Assembly (NCBI GenBank): GCA_001804415.1
Contig: MHGA01000041.1
Location: forward strand, 1 to 59,925
DNA: 59,925 nucleotides
Origin: Candidatus Aquivivens invisus
Lineage (GTDB): Bacteria; Omnitrophota; Gorgyraeia; Aquiviventales; Aquiviventaceae
Direction: 5' to 3'
In this document: positions 17,131 to 26,933 of the stretch, one piece after another
How the letters are laid out: every line of letters starts with the position of its first letter
How positions within the stretch are numbered: the first letter of the stretch is position 1
The notes under the pieces: model-generated
Told to the model about the DNA's origin: nothing
Databases searched by the model: none
Seen by the model: the letters and a program-made list of their open reading frames with translations, nothing else
Program-made: the position numbers and the translations under genes

Positions 17131-18276
17131 TTAGTGGTGCTTCGCGGCCCGCTTGATGTCGTTCACGCGGTCGAGCTCTTCCCAGGTAAACCCGTCGTCC
17201 GTGCGCCCGAAGTGGCCGTAGGCGGCGGTCTTGAGATAGATCGGCCGGCGCAGCTTGAGCGTCCGGATGATCCCGTGGGGCGTGAGGTCGAACAGCTCGC
17301 GGATCATCTTGATGATCTGATGCTCCGGCAGCTTGCCGCTCCCGTGGGTGCTGACCATGATCGACACCGGTTCAGCGACCCCGATGGCGTAGGCCAACTG
17401 GATTTCGCACTTGTCCGCCACGCCGGCGGCAACGAGATTCTTCGCGACATACCGGGCCATGTAGGCGGCGGAGCGATCCACCTTGGTCGGATCCTTGCCG
17501 GAGAACGCCCCACCCCCGTGGCCGATGACCCCGCCATAGGTGTCCATGATGATCTTGCGTCCGGTCAGGCCGGTGTCACCCATGGGCCCGCCCACCTCGA
17601 ACCGTCCGGTGGGGTTGACGAAGATCTTCGTCTGCTTATCGAGCCACTGCTTGGGGACCACGTGCTCGATCACGTGGTGTTTCATATCCGAGCGGATTTT
17701 CGACAGCGGGACTCCCACTCTATGGTGGGCGCTCACAATCACGGCTTCGATCCGCCCCACGTGCCCGTCATGGTACTCCACCGTGACCTGGGTTTTGCCG
17801 TCCGGACGAAGATAGTCGATCAGCCGCTGCTTGCGGACCTCAGCCAGCCGCTGCGCCAACCGGTGCGCGAGGATAATCGGCATCGGCATGTACTCCGGCG
17901 TCTCATTGGTCGCATAGCCGAACATCATCCCCTGATCGCCTGCCCCGCCTTTGTCCACGCCCAACGCGATGTCCGGCGACTGGGCTTGGACGGACGTCGA
18001 CACGCCACAGGTTTTTGCGGCGAAGCCGTGCTCCGGCTCGTCGTAGCCGATCTCATGGATCGTCCGGCGGACGATCTGGGGGATCTCGATATAGCACGAC
18101 GTCGTGATCTCTCCCGCGACGACGACCAACCCGGTGGTCACCAGGGTCTCGCAGGCCACCCGCCCGCTGGGATCCTTCTCGTAGATCGCGTCGAGCACGG
18201 CATCCGAGATCTGATCCGCGATCTTGTCTGGATGGCCTTCGGTCACCGATTCAGAGGTGAAGAGGGTCTTGCGCAT
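17131..18276 (-). CDS. metK: S-adenosylmethionine synthetase
   Basis: [19 protein letters not shown] and GGGAFSGKD motifs. Confidence 0.98.
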   Translation of the reverse strand: MRKTLFTSESVTEGHPDKIADQISDAVLDAIYEKDPSGRVACETLVTTGLVVVAGEITTSCYIEIPQIVRRTIHEIGYDEPEHGFAAKTCGVSTSVQAQSPDIALGVDKGGAGDQGMMFGYATNETPEYMPMPIILAHRLAQRLAEVRKQRLIDYLRPDGKTQVTVEYHDGHVGRIEAVIVSAHHRVGVPLSKIRSDMKHHVIEHVVPKQWLDKQTKIFVNPTGRFEVGGPMGDTGLTGRKIIMDTYGGVIGHGGGAFSGKDPTKVDRSAAYMARYVAKNLVAAGVADKCEIQLAYAIGVAEPVSIMVSTHGSGKLPEHQIIKMIRELFDLTPHGIIRTLKLRRPIYLKTAAYGHFGRTDDGFTWEELDRVNDIKRAAKHH

Positions 18277-19043
18277 GAGCGACTCCTTTCTTTCTTGTCT
18301 TGCTTCTTCCAGTACCGGACGGCTTGACGGTACGCCTCTTGCGATCCGATATCAAACCAGACCCCCTGCGTCATGACGGCATAGACCGGTTGCCGGGCCA
18401 CGAGCCATTCGAGGAACTGGCCCGGGGCATCGCCGAGGCCGCCTTGCGCCAGGTAGGCCTGAATCTGCTGACGGATCGGATTCGGAAAATAGTAGAGGCA
18501 TAACCCGATGGTCCGGCAGGGCGGGCGGCGGGGCTTTTCCCACCACCGGATGATCCGTCCGTCCGGGTCGGTCTCGGCCACGCCAAACTGCCTCGCCTCC
18601 TTGAGTGTCGCGACCTCCCGTACCGCGACCGTCGCCGCCGGACGCCTTAACCGGGCGGCGCGGAGGACCTCCGTCAGCGAACCGGTCAGGAGATTGTCTG
18701 TCCCCAGAACCAAGACGTCATCGGCCGCCGCCCCCCGCTCCCAGGCACGCTGCAAATCCCGGATCGCGCCCAGCCGGGACTCAGGGGTTTCGGTGCCGTC
18801 ATCAAGAATCTCCACCGACGAGGATCGGCGGGCTTGCCAATGACGGAAGTGGCCCGCGAACTGGTGATTGGTGACCAGGATCGTCCGCGACACGTTGGGC
18901 ACCGCCTCAACCGCCTGCATGATGGTATCCAGGATGGTGTCGTCTCCCAACGGCAACAGGGCCTTGGGACGATCCTTCGTGAGCGGATAGAGCCGCGTCC
19001 CGTACCCGGCGGCTAAGAGGACGACGCTGAGAGACGGTCCCAT
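18243..19043 (-). CDS. Sugar-phosphate nucleotidyltransferase (NTP_transferase family)
   Basis: [22 protein letters not shown] and WFDIG motifs. Confidence 0.85.
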   Translation of the reverse strand: MGPSLSVVLLAAGYGTRLYPLTKDRPKALLPLGDDTILDTIMQAVEAVPNVSRTILVTNHQFAGHFRHWQARRSSSVEILDDGTETPESRLGAIRDLQRAWERGAAADDVLVLGTDNLLTGSLTEVLRAARLRRPAATVAVREVATLKEARQFGVAETDPDGRIIRWWEKPRRPPCRTIGLCLYYFPNPIRQQIQAYLAQGGLGDAPGQFLEWLVARQPVYAVMTQGVWFDIGSQEAYRQAVRYWKKQDKKERSRSCARPSSPLNR

Positions 19044-19044
19044 C

Positions 19045-20787
19045 TTACTCGGCCAGATCCGGAACCAATTGACGCAGGTGCGAGAGCAAGAACGCCTCGA
19101 CTTCTTTGCCGGTTCGAAACTGCATCGCCTGTTGAGCGATAGCCTGGGCGGTGTGGTACTCCACGGCGCGAATGACCTTCTTGATCAGCGGGACCTGGAT
19201 CGGGGACACCGAAAACTCATCCAGCCCCAATCCCAACAGGAGTAGGGCGAGTGCTGGCTCGCCGGCCATCTCGCCGCACATGCCCACCCAGATGCCGGCT
19301 TGATGGCCGGCATCAAGAATCTGTTTGAGGAGGCGGAGGACGGCCGGATGCGCGGGTTCATACAGGTAGGCGATCTTCTCATTCACGCGATCCACCGCCA
19401 GGGCGTACTGGATGAGATCGTTCGTCCCGATGGAAAAGAACTTCGCGTCCCCGGCCAACAAGTCGCAGGTCAGCGCCGCGGAGGGCACCTCGATCATCGC
19501 GCCGACGTCCATGGCCGGCGAGAAGGCGAGGCCCTCACGCGTCAGCTCGCCCTTGACCCCCTCGAGGATCTCGTGCGCCCGGCGCAGCTCCTCCAATCCG
19601 GAGATCATGGGAAACATGAGCTTCAGGTTCCCGTAGGCGCTGGCCCGCAGGATCGCCCGCAGCTGCACGCGAAAGACATCGGGACGGGCGAGGCAGAACC
19701 GGATCGCCCGCCATCCCATAAAGGGATTCATCTCGGTGGGTAGATCCAGGGGGGAAAGAAACTTATCGCCCCCCAGATCCACCGTCCGGATGATCACAGA
19801 CTGGGGGGCCAAGCGCTCCGCCACGGATTTGTAGGACTGGAATTGCTCCTCTTCCGAGGGGAAATCGGTGCGGTTGAGGTAAAAGAACTCGGTGCGGTAG
19901 AGCCCGATGCCCTCGGCGCCGTGGGCGATCACGGAGGGGATCTCGTCGGGGACTTCGATGTTGGCGGACAGCGTCACGCGGTGGCCGTCCAGCGTTTCCG
20001 CCGGCAGGTCCTTCAATTGCAGCAGTTGCCGGTTGACTTCCTGGATTCGCCGCTGCTCCACCTCGTAGCGGCGGATCGTCGCAGGGTCGGGATCGACGAT
20101 GACCTCCCCCCGCGTCCCGTCCACAATGATGAGGCCTTCTTTTTCGATGCGGGCGGTGGCCACCTCCACCCCGACGACCGCCGGGATGCCCAGCGACTTG
20201 GCCATAATCGCCGTATGGCCGGTCCGCCCGCCCACATCCGTGACGAAGGCCAGCACATGCCGCTTGTGCATGAGGGCGGTCTCTGAGGGCGAGAGGGCGT
20301 GGGCGATGACGACGACCGGCTCATCGAGTTGTCCCATGGCATCGAGGTGCCGGCCGGTCAGATTGCGCAGGATCCGTTTTCTGACGTCCTCGATGTCGGC
20401 GGTGCGATCCCGCAGGTACTCGTCATTGGTCCTCGCGAAGGCCCGCAGGTACCGCCGGACGACCTCATTAAAGATGTATTCCACATTGAGGCGCTGGGCC
20501 TTCAAGCCGCCAAGGACCTCTTCGCGAAGGCTCTGATCCTCCAGGACGAGGAGGTGCGCGTTGAAAATCTCCGCGTGCTCCTGACCCATCTCGTCCGCCA
20601 GGCGATGCTGAATCCCCAGGATCTGGTGGCGGGTTTGGATCAGCGCTTCTTCGAAGCGCATGACTTCGGCAGGAATCTCCGCCTCGGCAATCGGGCGGCG
20701 GGGGATCAGGAGCTCCTCGCTGCTGAACAGGAAGGCCTTCCCGATGGCCACGCCTGACGACGCCGGAATCCCTTTGAGGACTAGCAT
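19045..20787 (-). CDS. ptsI: PEP-protein phosphotransferase, PTS enzyme I
   Basis: GGRTGHTAIMA phospho-His, GIGLYRTEF, FSIGTNDL and GMCGEMAG motifs. Confidence 0.97.
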   Translation of the reverse strand: MLVLKGIPASSGVAIGKAFLFSSEELLIPRRPIAEAEIPAEVMRFEEALIQTRHQILGIQHRLADEMGQEHAEIFNAHLLVLEDQSLREEVLGGLKAQRLNVEYIFNEVVRRYLRAFARTNDEYLRDRTADIEDVRKRILRNLTGRHLDAMGQLDEPVVVIAHALSPSETALMHKRHVLAFVTDVGGRTGHTAIMAKSLGIPAVVGVEVATARIEKEGLIIVDGTRGEVIVDPDPATIRRYEVEQRRIQEVNRQLLQLKDLPAETLDGHRVTLSANIEVPDEIPSVIAHGAEGIGLYRTEFFYLNRTDFPSEEEQFQSYKSVAERLAPQSVIIRTVDLGGDKFLSPLDLPTEMNPFMGWRAIRFCLARPDVFRVQLRAILRASAYGNLKLMFPMISGLEELRRAHEILEGVKGELTREGLAFSPAMDVGAMIEVPSAALTCDLLAGDAKFFSIGTNDLIQYALAVDRVNEKIAYLYEPAHPAVLRLLKQILDAGHQAGIWVGMCGEMAGEPALALLLLGLGLDEFSVSPIQVPLIKKVIRAVEYHTAQAIAQQAMQFRTGKEVEAFLLSHLRQLVPDLAE

Positions 20788-20791
20788 GGGA

Positions 20792-21088
20792 TCAGATCGT
20801 GCATCGGATGGATCGTGGAGACTCCTGGAGGGGCTCGGTGAGCAAGTGGCTGAGGTGATCCAACGCCTCGGCGGCGTCCGGGCCTTCGACGACGAGAGAG
20901 ACGCGCGCGCCCTTGCCGGCCGCCAGGGTCAGAATCCCCATAATGGATTTTCCATCCACAATCTTGCGGCCTTTCTTCACCGTCACGCGCGACTTGAATC
21001 GTTTGGCGAGCTGCACGAACATCGCCGCGGGGCGAGCATGGAGCCCTTGGGCGTGCACGATGGTCACCGTCCGCTGAATCGCCGACAT
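20792..21088 (-). CDS. ptsH: HPr phosphocarrier protein
   Basis: GLHARPAA (His15) and DGKSIMG (Ser46). Confidence 0.95.
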   Translation of the reverse strand: MSAIQRTVTIVHAQGLHARPAAMFVQLAKRFKSRVTVKKGRKIVDGKSIMGILTLAAGKGARVSLVVEGPDAAEALDHLSHLLTEPLQESPRSIRCTI

Positions 21089-21090
21089 GG

Positions 21091-23118
21091 TCAGCCCCCC
21101 AGCCTCCACTCGAGCTCGCAGGCCCAGGTCCGTCGGCCCGCAAGCGCCCAGAGGCAGACGACGGCCAATCCTTGGGAGGTGCGCTCCAGTCCTTCTTCCG
21201 ACTCGGAGACCGTGTAAATGGGAACACGCGCGACCGATGCCGGCGGGTCGATCCTCACCGTCAGGGTCAGGGGCAGCGAGGCGTCCTGGAGATCCAACTG
21301 CTCGAGCCGCTCAGACAAAAGCGGCTCGGCCCACTGCGGATTCCAGAGGCCCAGGTTCATCTCCATAGCCACGACGGGGATCGTAAGCCCGTCCACCTCA
21401 TACCGGCATCTCAGCACCGGTTGCTTCTGCATGAGGGTGAAGGTCTTCCGCACGCTCCCCGCGCCGACGCGGCGAACCAGCTGCACCGCCACCTGATTCG
21501 CCGAGGAACGCCGCAAGGCCCCAACCTGATAGGACCCGCCCATCCAGAGGCGATATTCTCCCCAGGTGTTCTGCCGAATCTGCTGCAGCGAGGGCATCGC
21601 GGAGAGGGCGTAATCGAGGAAGTTGCAACGCCTGTGATCATCATAGACCAGGTGCGCTTCCAGGCCGGTTTCTTTGGGCTGCAAGAGATCGTGGATGCTG
21701 GCGGGGGCCTTCGCCAACGCCATCGAGGGGGACGCCGTCGCCTGCAGTTTCTGATGATACGATTCTCGCTGCCGTGTGAGGGTGTCCGTGACGTTGACGG
21801 CATGGGCGTAGTCGTCGACTTCCATCACCGCGCCGCCTTCGCGCGGATCGATCACCACCCCGAGGCGCGCGCTTCGCAAGGCCACCTCCGGCTCCCCGTC
21901 CCCGTCGAGGTCGCGCTGGACGATGGCGGGCGGCGTTCCGTTGACTTGATCCGCGAGCTGCTCAGCCGTCAACAGATGGCGATAGACCGCTCGACGAAGG
22001 TGCGAGAGGTACAAACCTCCAAACACCCCATGCCAGTACGCGCAGTTGCACTGCCCCTTGTACAGCTCCCGCTCAGCCCGCCTGATGAGTGACGAATGAC
22101 GGCTCTTGGCTGTGGGCTTGGCCTTGGGTCGTGAGTCTTGGGTCTTGAGTCCACTCAGGCGCTCGCTCACCCGGAGCATCCGTTGGTACATCGCCTGCGC
22201 CTCAGGGTATTTCACGAAGAAGTTGCGAAAGGACCCGCCCGACCACTCGAGCATCTCTTCGTAACTCCCGCCCGGCAGATACACCCGGCCGCTGGGACCC
22301 ATGCGGGTGAGGTAGTCCGAGAAGGTCGCCGTCTTCAGCCACGACGATTCCCGTTCCAGCGCGCTGAACCACCGCTCCAACCATCCCTGCTCGTAGACCC
22401 ACTCGTAGGTCTTGGGCCAGAGCCCGAACTTCTCGCCGTCATCGGCAAAGGTGATGGCGATCGGCTCATCCCGAATCAACTGTTTCAGGAATGCGATCGT
22501 CTGAGCCACCTCTTGAAATGGCATCCCGTATCGCAGGCGCTTGGAAGAGGGAAACAGCGTCACCATCTCCCCGGCGTAGTCGGTCACATAACAGCCCAAG
22601 AGGTCCTCCCCGTCTTGATCGCGATACCACAATCTGGCGGGCAGGACATCCTTCGCAACCTGAAACTGATTGGTATCCACCATGGTGAACCGGATGCCGG
22701 CCCTCGCCAGGGTCCCGGGCAGCTCAGGCTCCCACACCCGCTCGGTCAGCCACAAGCCTGACGCGGTTGCCCCGAACTGTCGGCGCAGGATCGCTTGCAT
22801 CAACGCGAGTTGTCCCTGCCGATCGGCTTCAGGGATGAGTGGGAGAATCGGCTCGTAGTAGCCTGAAGCCAGCAGCTCCACTTGGCCGCTGCGCACCAGC
22901 CGCCGCAGCCGCTGCAGAAACTGGGGTTGGCGGTCCCCTAACCAATCCAGCAGACTCCCGCTGTAATGCAGGGCCAGCCGGATGCTTGGGTGCCGCTCGA
23001 GCGTCTCCAGGAACGGGTGGTAGGATTGACGGAACGCTTGGTCAAAGACGAAGTCGAAATTGCCCACCGGCTGATGGCAGTGGATCGCCATCAACAGGTA
23101 GACGGGGGCGGAAGCCAT
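21091..23118 (-). CDS. GH57 alpha-amylase / 4-alpha-glucanotransferase
   Basis: HCHQPVGN, WLTERVW (nucleophile), DDGEKFG and YWHGVFGGLY motifs. Confidence 0.9.
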   Translation of the reverse strand: MASAPVYLLMAIHCHQPVGNFDFVFDQAFRQSYHPFLETLERHPSIRLALHYSGSLLDWLGDRQPQFLQRLRRLVRSGQVELLASGYYEPILPLIPEADRQGQLALMQAILRRQFGATASGLWLTERVWEPELPGTLARAGIRFTMVDTNQFQVAKDVLPARLWYRDQDGEDLLGCYVTDYAGEMVTLFPSSKRLRYGMPFQEVAQTIAFLKQLIRDEPIAITFADDGEKFGLWPKTYEWVYEQGWLERWFSALERESSWLKTATFSDYLTRMGPSGRVYLPGGSYEEMLEWSGGSFRNFFVKYPEAQAMYQRMLRVSERLSGLKTQDSRPKAKPTAKSRHSSLIRRAERELYKGQCNCAYWHGVFGGLYLSHLRRAVYRHLLTAEQLADQVNGTPPAIVQRDLDGDGEPEVALRSARLGVVIDPREGGAVMEVDDYAHAVNVTDTLTRQRESYHQKLQATASPSMALAKAPASIHDLLQPKETGLEAHLVYDDHRRCNFLDYALSAMPSLQQIRQNTWGEYRLWMGGSYQVGALRRSSANQVAVQLVRRVGAGSVRKTFTLMQKQPVLRCRYEVDGLTIPVVAMEMNLGLWNPQWAEPLLSERLEQLDLQDASLPLTLTVRIDPPASVARVPIYTVSESEEGLERTSQGLAVVCLWALAGRRTWACELEWRLGG

Positions 23119-24434
23119 CAGACCTCTGACGCATGGTCGTTGCTGACGGAGGCCTGAGGGGGAAGGGCCGCAGCGCCCGGCCGGTTCGCCTTCTGCGCCG
23201 GCGGCGCCCGGCGCATCCCCGTCGAGAGCCCCACGATCAGCCGAGCCAGCTTATCCGAATTGTGGCGCACGTAATCCTCAAGACCGACGACATCGTCCGC
23301 CACCACCTGATAGCCGAGCTTGCGAACCGCGTCCACATCCGGCTCGACGGGTTCGGCGTGCTCCTGGCGATAGCGTTCGAGCAAGGCCTCAGGCACCGGC
23401 TTGGTGTTGACGACGCATACCTGAAAGATGCTGGGGTGCGTATGGGCGATGAGGGCGCGGACGTGCTCGCTGGCCTTAAACCCGGCGGTCTCGCGGAATT
23501 GGGTCATGACGTTGCACACGTAGATCTTCAGCGCCTTGGATTCCACAATCGCCTCCACAATGCCGTCGACCAGCAGGTTGGGAATGATGCTGGTGAAGAG
23601 CGAGCCGGGCCCCAAGACGATGAGATCGGCCTCTCGAATCGCGCTCAACGCTTCCTGGGTGGGGGCGACGCTGGCTGGTTCCAGATACACGCGGCGGATC
23701 GAGACGGGATAGTCGGAGATCTTGGATTCACCGACCGTCAGGGTCCCGTCGTCGTGCTCCGCCACCAAGCGGACCTTCTCGCACGTCGAAGGGATGACCC
23801 GTCCTTGAATCGCCAGCACGCGGCTGGAGGCTTGGATCGCCCGCTCAAAATCCCCGGTAATCTGGGTCATGGCGGTGATGAACAGGTTCCCGAAATTGTG
23901 CCCCCGCAACGCCGACTCGCCTGGAAAGCGGTACTGGAACAGCCGCTGCATGAGCGGCCCGGCCTCCGCCAGAGCCACCAGACAATTGCGGATATCCCCG
24001 GGAGGCAGGACGCCGAATTCCTCCCGCAACCGGCCGGAGCTGCCGCCGTCATCCGCCACGGTCACGACGGCGGTGAGCTTGCTGGTGTAGGCTTTCAACC
24101 CCTGTAGCAGCGTCGACAACCCCGTCCCTCCGCCCACGACCACCACCTTGGGCCCACGCTCCAGGTGCCGGCGCTCAAAGACGACATCCACCAATTCTTT
24201 TTGCGCATCCGGCCTGACCACGTCCAGCAGCGAGCGCACCGCCACCACCGCGCCGGTCACCATCGCCCCCAGGCCTCCTGCGAGAAGCAAGAGACTGACC
24301 AAACGCGTCAACAACGAGGGCTGGGGTGTGGTGAACAAGGCCGAGCCCATGCCAAACAACAACACCCCCACGAGGGAGAGGAGGAGCCATCGTTTGATCT
24401 GCATCCCGGGATAGAACCACTTCAAAAATCGCAT
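23118..24434 (-). CDS. yvcK: YvcK/GlmR (CofD-like) family protein with N-terminal TM segments
   Basis: GGGTGLS, VADDGGSSGRLR, PPGDIRN and GPGSLFTS motifs. Confidence 0.9.
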   Translation of the reverse strand: MRFLKWFYPGMQIKRWLLLSLVGVLLFGMGSALFTTPQPSLLTRLVSLLLLAGGLGAMVTGAVVAVRSLLDVVRPDAQKELVDVVFERRHLERGPKVVVVGGGTGLSTLLQGLKAYTSKLTAVVTVADDGGSSGRLREEFGVLPPGDIRNCLVALAEAGPLMQRLFQYRFPGESALRGHNFGNLFITAMTQITGDFERAIQASSRVLAIQGRVIPSTCEKVRLVAEHDDGTLTVGESKISDYPVSIRRVYLEPASVAPTQEALSAIREADLIVLGPGSLFTSIIPNLLVDGIVEAIVESKALKIYVCNVMTQFRETAGFKASEHVRALIAHTHPSIFQVCVVNTKPVPEALLERYRQEHAEPVEPDVDAVRKLGYQVVADDVVGLEDYVRHNSDKLARLIVGLSTGMRRAPPAQKANRPGAAALPPQASVSNDHASEV

Positions 24435-24459
24435 CTGAATCCTGTCTTTCTCGACCCGT

Positions 24460-24493
24460 TCACTAGTCACCAGTCACTAGTCACTGGTCACTC
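24460..24493. repeat. Heptamer tandem array (GTCACYR)n
   Basis: tcactag tcaccag tcactag tcactgg tcactc. Confidence 0.8.
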
Positions 24494-24496
24494 GTT

Positions 24497-24967
24497 TTAC
24501 TGGCGGCGCTGCTCTTCGTCACGGATGATCTTCAAGAGGGTTTTCTCGTCTTTGGCCGCGATCAAGCTGTCCCGGAAATGTTTTTCTTTCAGCAGGCGGG
24601 AGATGCGCGCCAAGGCCTTCAGGTGGGGACCCGCGGAATCTTCCGGGGCGACCAGGAGGAAAAAGATCTGGGCGGGCTCTCCGTCCAAGGAATCAAAACC
24701 TAGCCCGGCTTTGGAAATCCCCACGGCTCCCACAAGCTCCCCCACGCACGAGGATTTCCCGTGAGGGATCGCCACTCCCTGCCCGATCCCCGTCGAGCCG
24801 AGCGCTTCGCGGTCGAGCAGGATCTGGACAAACTTCGAGACGTCGCGCTCCTTGAGCGCGCCGGCCTTGACGAGCAACTGGACCAGCTCGCGGATCACCT
24901 CTTCTTTGGTCTGCCCCTTGAGCGAACACGCCACCGCGTCTTCCCGGAGAAAGTCTAACACCTGCAT
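24497..24967 (-). CDS. ptsN: PTS EIIA component (Ntr/fructose type)
   Basis: REALGSTGIGQGVAIPH and HLKALARISRLL motifs. Confidence 0.9.
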   Translation of the reverse strand: MQVLDFLREDAVACSLKGQTKEEVIRELVQLLVKAGALKERDVSKFVQILLDREALGSTGIGQGVAIPHGKSSCVGELVGAVGISKAGLGFDSLDGEPAQIFFLLVAPEDSAGPHLKALARISRLLKEKHFRDSLIAAKDEKTLLKIIRDEEQRRQ

Positions 24968-24990
24968 GCCGACTCCTTGTTAGGCGAGCG

Positions 24991-25062
24991 AGCGGGTGAT
25001 GGGATTTGAACCCACGACATTCACGTTGGCAACGTGACGCTCTACCACTGAGCTACACCCGC
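24991..25062 (-). tRNA. tRNA-Gly(GCC)
   Basis: Cloverleaf GCGGGTG...CACCCGC, anticodon loop TTGCCAA, GGTTCAAATCC; no encoded CCA. Confidence 0.95.
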
Positions 25063-25084
25063 GTTTCCTCGTACAACGGCTCCA

Positions 25085-25165
25085 TGGGCACGGAGGGATT
25101 CGAACCCCCACGGGTTTCCCCAACAGCTCCTAAGGCTGTCGCGTCTGCCGTTCCGCCACATGCCC
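25085..25165 (-). tRNA. tRNA-Leu(TAG)
   Basis: Type II tRNA with variable arm; anticodon loop CTTAGGA; GGTTCGAATCC. Confidence 0.95.
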
Positions 25166-25213
25166 GTCCAGATGGTGTCATGTGATACACACGCAAGCTT
25201 TCTCGGGTCAGAG

Positions 25214-25286
25214 TGGGCCGTGCAGGAATCGAACCTGCAACACCCTGATTAAGAGTCAGGTGCTCTGCCGATTGAGCTAACGGCCC
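25214..25286 (-). tRNA. tRNA-Lys(CTT)
   Basis: GGGCCGT...ACGGCCC; anticodon loop CTCTTAA; GGTTCGATTCC. Confidence 0.95.
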
Positions 25287-25316
25287 GAAACTGTGGAGCC
25301 AAAACGGAGGTTTGTG

Positions 25317-25392
25317 TCATGTGAAATGTGGAATGTGGAATGGAAATCAAAAAAATCTTTTCCATTACACATCGCACATTACACCTTACACA
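25317..25392. repeat. Inverted heptamer arrays (ATGTGGA-like / TTACACA-like) forming an imperfect hairpin
   Basis: atgtgaa atgtgga atgtgga atggaaa ... tttccat tacacat cgcacat tacacct tacaca. Confidence 0.75.
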
Positions 25393-25415
25393 AGCCTGAG
25401 CCTTGCCTGAGAAAG

Positions 25416-25489
25416 CGCGCCCGGCAGGATTTGAACCCGCTGCCTCCTGGTTCGAAGCCAGGCGCTCTATCCAAGTGAGCTACGGGCGC
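25416..25489 (-). tRNA. tRNA-Arg(TCG)
   Basis: GCGCCCG...CGGGCGC; anticodon loop CTTCGAA; GGTTCAAATCC. Confidence 0.93.
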
Positions 25490-25515
25490 AGATCACGTCG
25501 CCGTGCAAAAAAGAT

Positions 25516-25524
25516 ATTGTAACA
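25516..25524 (-). promoter_or_regulatory. Extended -10 promoter (TGTTACAAT) of the tRNA cluster
   Basis: TGnTACAAT about 26 nt upstream of tRNA-Arg. Confidence 0.55.
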
Positions 25525-25546
25525 GAGAATACGCGCGGAGCGGCAT

Positions 25547-26926
25547 CTATCGGCTGAGGCGATAGGGGTCTAAGAGGCGCCGGGCGGAAGCCGGACTGAG
25601 CCATCCACGGGCGACGACGAGATCCTGAATCGACCGACCGGAAGCCAGAGACTCTTTGGCCACCTTGGCGGCGTTGAGGTAGCCGAGATGGGGATTGAGC
25701 GCCGTGACCAACGCCAGGCTGCGCTTCGCGTAGGCTCCGCACCGCTGGGCATTCGCCCGGATGCCGCTGACACAGCGGGTCGCAAAGACGTGGGTGGCGG
25801 TGGTGAGCAGCGCCATCGCTTGGAGGAGGTTATAGGCGATGACGGGCATCATCACGTTGAGCTCCAACTGCCCCGCTTGAACGGCGTAGGCGACGGTGGC
25901 ATCATGCCCCAAGACTTGGAATCCCACCATATCGACCATCTCGGCGACGACCGGATTGACCTTGCCCGGCATGATGGAAGACCCCGGCTGCACCGTGGGC
26001 AGCTCGATTTCTCCCAACCCCGTATTCGGGCCGGAACTGAGCAGCCGCAGATCATTGGCGATGCGAATCAGCTCAAGGGCGTAGGCCCGCAGCGCGCCGG
26101 AGAAGCGCGCGAAATCCGCCGCGCTCTGCATGCGCTCCATCAGATCCTCAGCCGAATGCACGGGCAGCTGCGTCCAGCGGCGCAGCGCCTGAAGGGCCAG
26201 CCGACGATATCGCGGGTGCGCGTTCATGCCGGTGCCCACGGCCGTCCCGCCCAGGTTGAGTTCCTGCAACGCCTCAGCCGAGCAGGCGACGGCTTCCCGC
26301 GCCTTCCTCACGGCTACCGCATACGCGCCGAATTCCCGGCCCAGGCGGACCGGCACGGCGTCCTGGAGATGGGTGCGTCCCGATTTGACGATGCCGCCAA
26401 ACTGCCGGGCCTTCCGGCTCAACACCGCCTCCAACCGCGCCATCGAGTCGACGAGTGCTGGCTGCGCCATCAAACAGGCCAGCCGAATCGCGGTCGGGAT
26501 CGTGTCGTTGGTCGACTGCGCCATGTTGACGTGGTCGTTCGGATGCAGGAAGCGGTACGTCCCCCGGCGGGCGCCGAGCAGCTCGTTGGCGCGATTGGCG
26601 ATGACCTCGTTGACGTTCATGTTGAACGACGTCCCCGCGCCGGCTTGATAGACGTCGACAACGAACTGGTCGTCGAACCGCCCCCTCAACACCTCATCGC
26701 ACGCGCGCGCGATGGCGGAGCCGAATCGGCGCGGCAGGCACCCCACGGCCACGTTGGCGTGCGCCGCCGCCTTCTTGATCAGCGCCATGGCCCGCACCAT
26801 CCCCTGATGGAGACGCAACCCGCTGATGGGGAAATTCTCAACCGCGCGGTGTGTCTGGATGCCGTAATACGCCCGTGAGGGGATGCGCCTCGTGCCGAGG
26901 GAGTCGCGCTCAAGGCGGGTTGCCAT
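25547..26926 (-). CDS. aspA: Aspartate ammonia-lyase / class II fumarase family lyase
   Basis: YYGIQT.RAVENF, GAGTS.NMN.NEVIAN, QSTND and GSSIMPGKVNP motifs; AspA versus FumC not resolved. Confidence 0.8.
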   Translation of the reverse strand: MATRLERDSLGTRRIPSRAYYGIQTHRAVENFPISGLRLHQGMVRAMALIKKAAAHANVAVGCLPRRFGSAIARACDEVLRGRFDDQFVVDVYQAGAGTSFNMNVNEVIANRANELLGARRGTYRFLHPNDHVNMAQSTNDTIPTAIRLACLMAQPALVDSMARLEAVLSRKARQFGGIVKSGRTHLQDAVPVRLGREFGAYAVAVRKAREAVACSAEALQELNLGGTAVGTGMNAHPRYRRLALQALRRWTQLPVHSAEDLMERMQSAADFARFSGALRAYALELIRIANDLRLLSSGPNTGLGEIELPTVQPGSSIMPGKVNPVVAEMVDMVGFQVLGHDATVAYAVQAGQLELNVMMPVIAYNLLQAMALLTTATHVFATRCVSGIRANAQRCGAYAKRSLALVTALNPHLGYLNAAKVAKESLASGRSIQDLVVARGWLSPASARRLLDPYRLSR

Positions 26927-26933
26927 GCCGGAT

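Noticed and set aside
18276-18400. SAM riboswitch upstream of metK
   Set aside because: The region is coding (overlapping nucleotidyltransferase) and has no S-box signature.
24991-25489. tRNA cluster as an integration site for an island
   Set aside because: No duplicated tRNA 3' end or integrase was noticed and the flanks are core genes.
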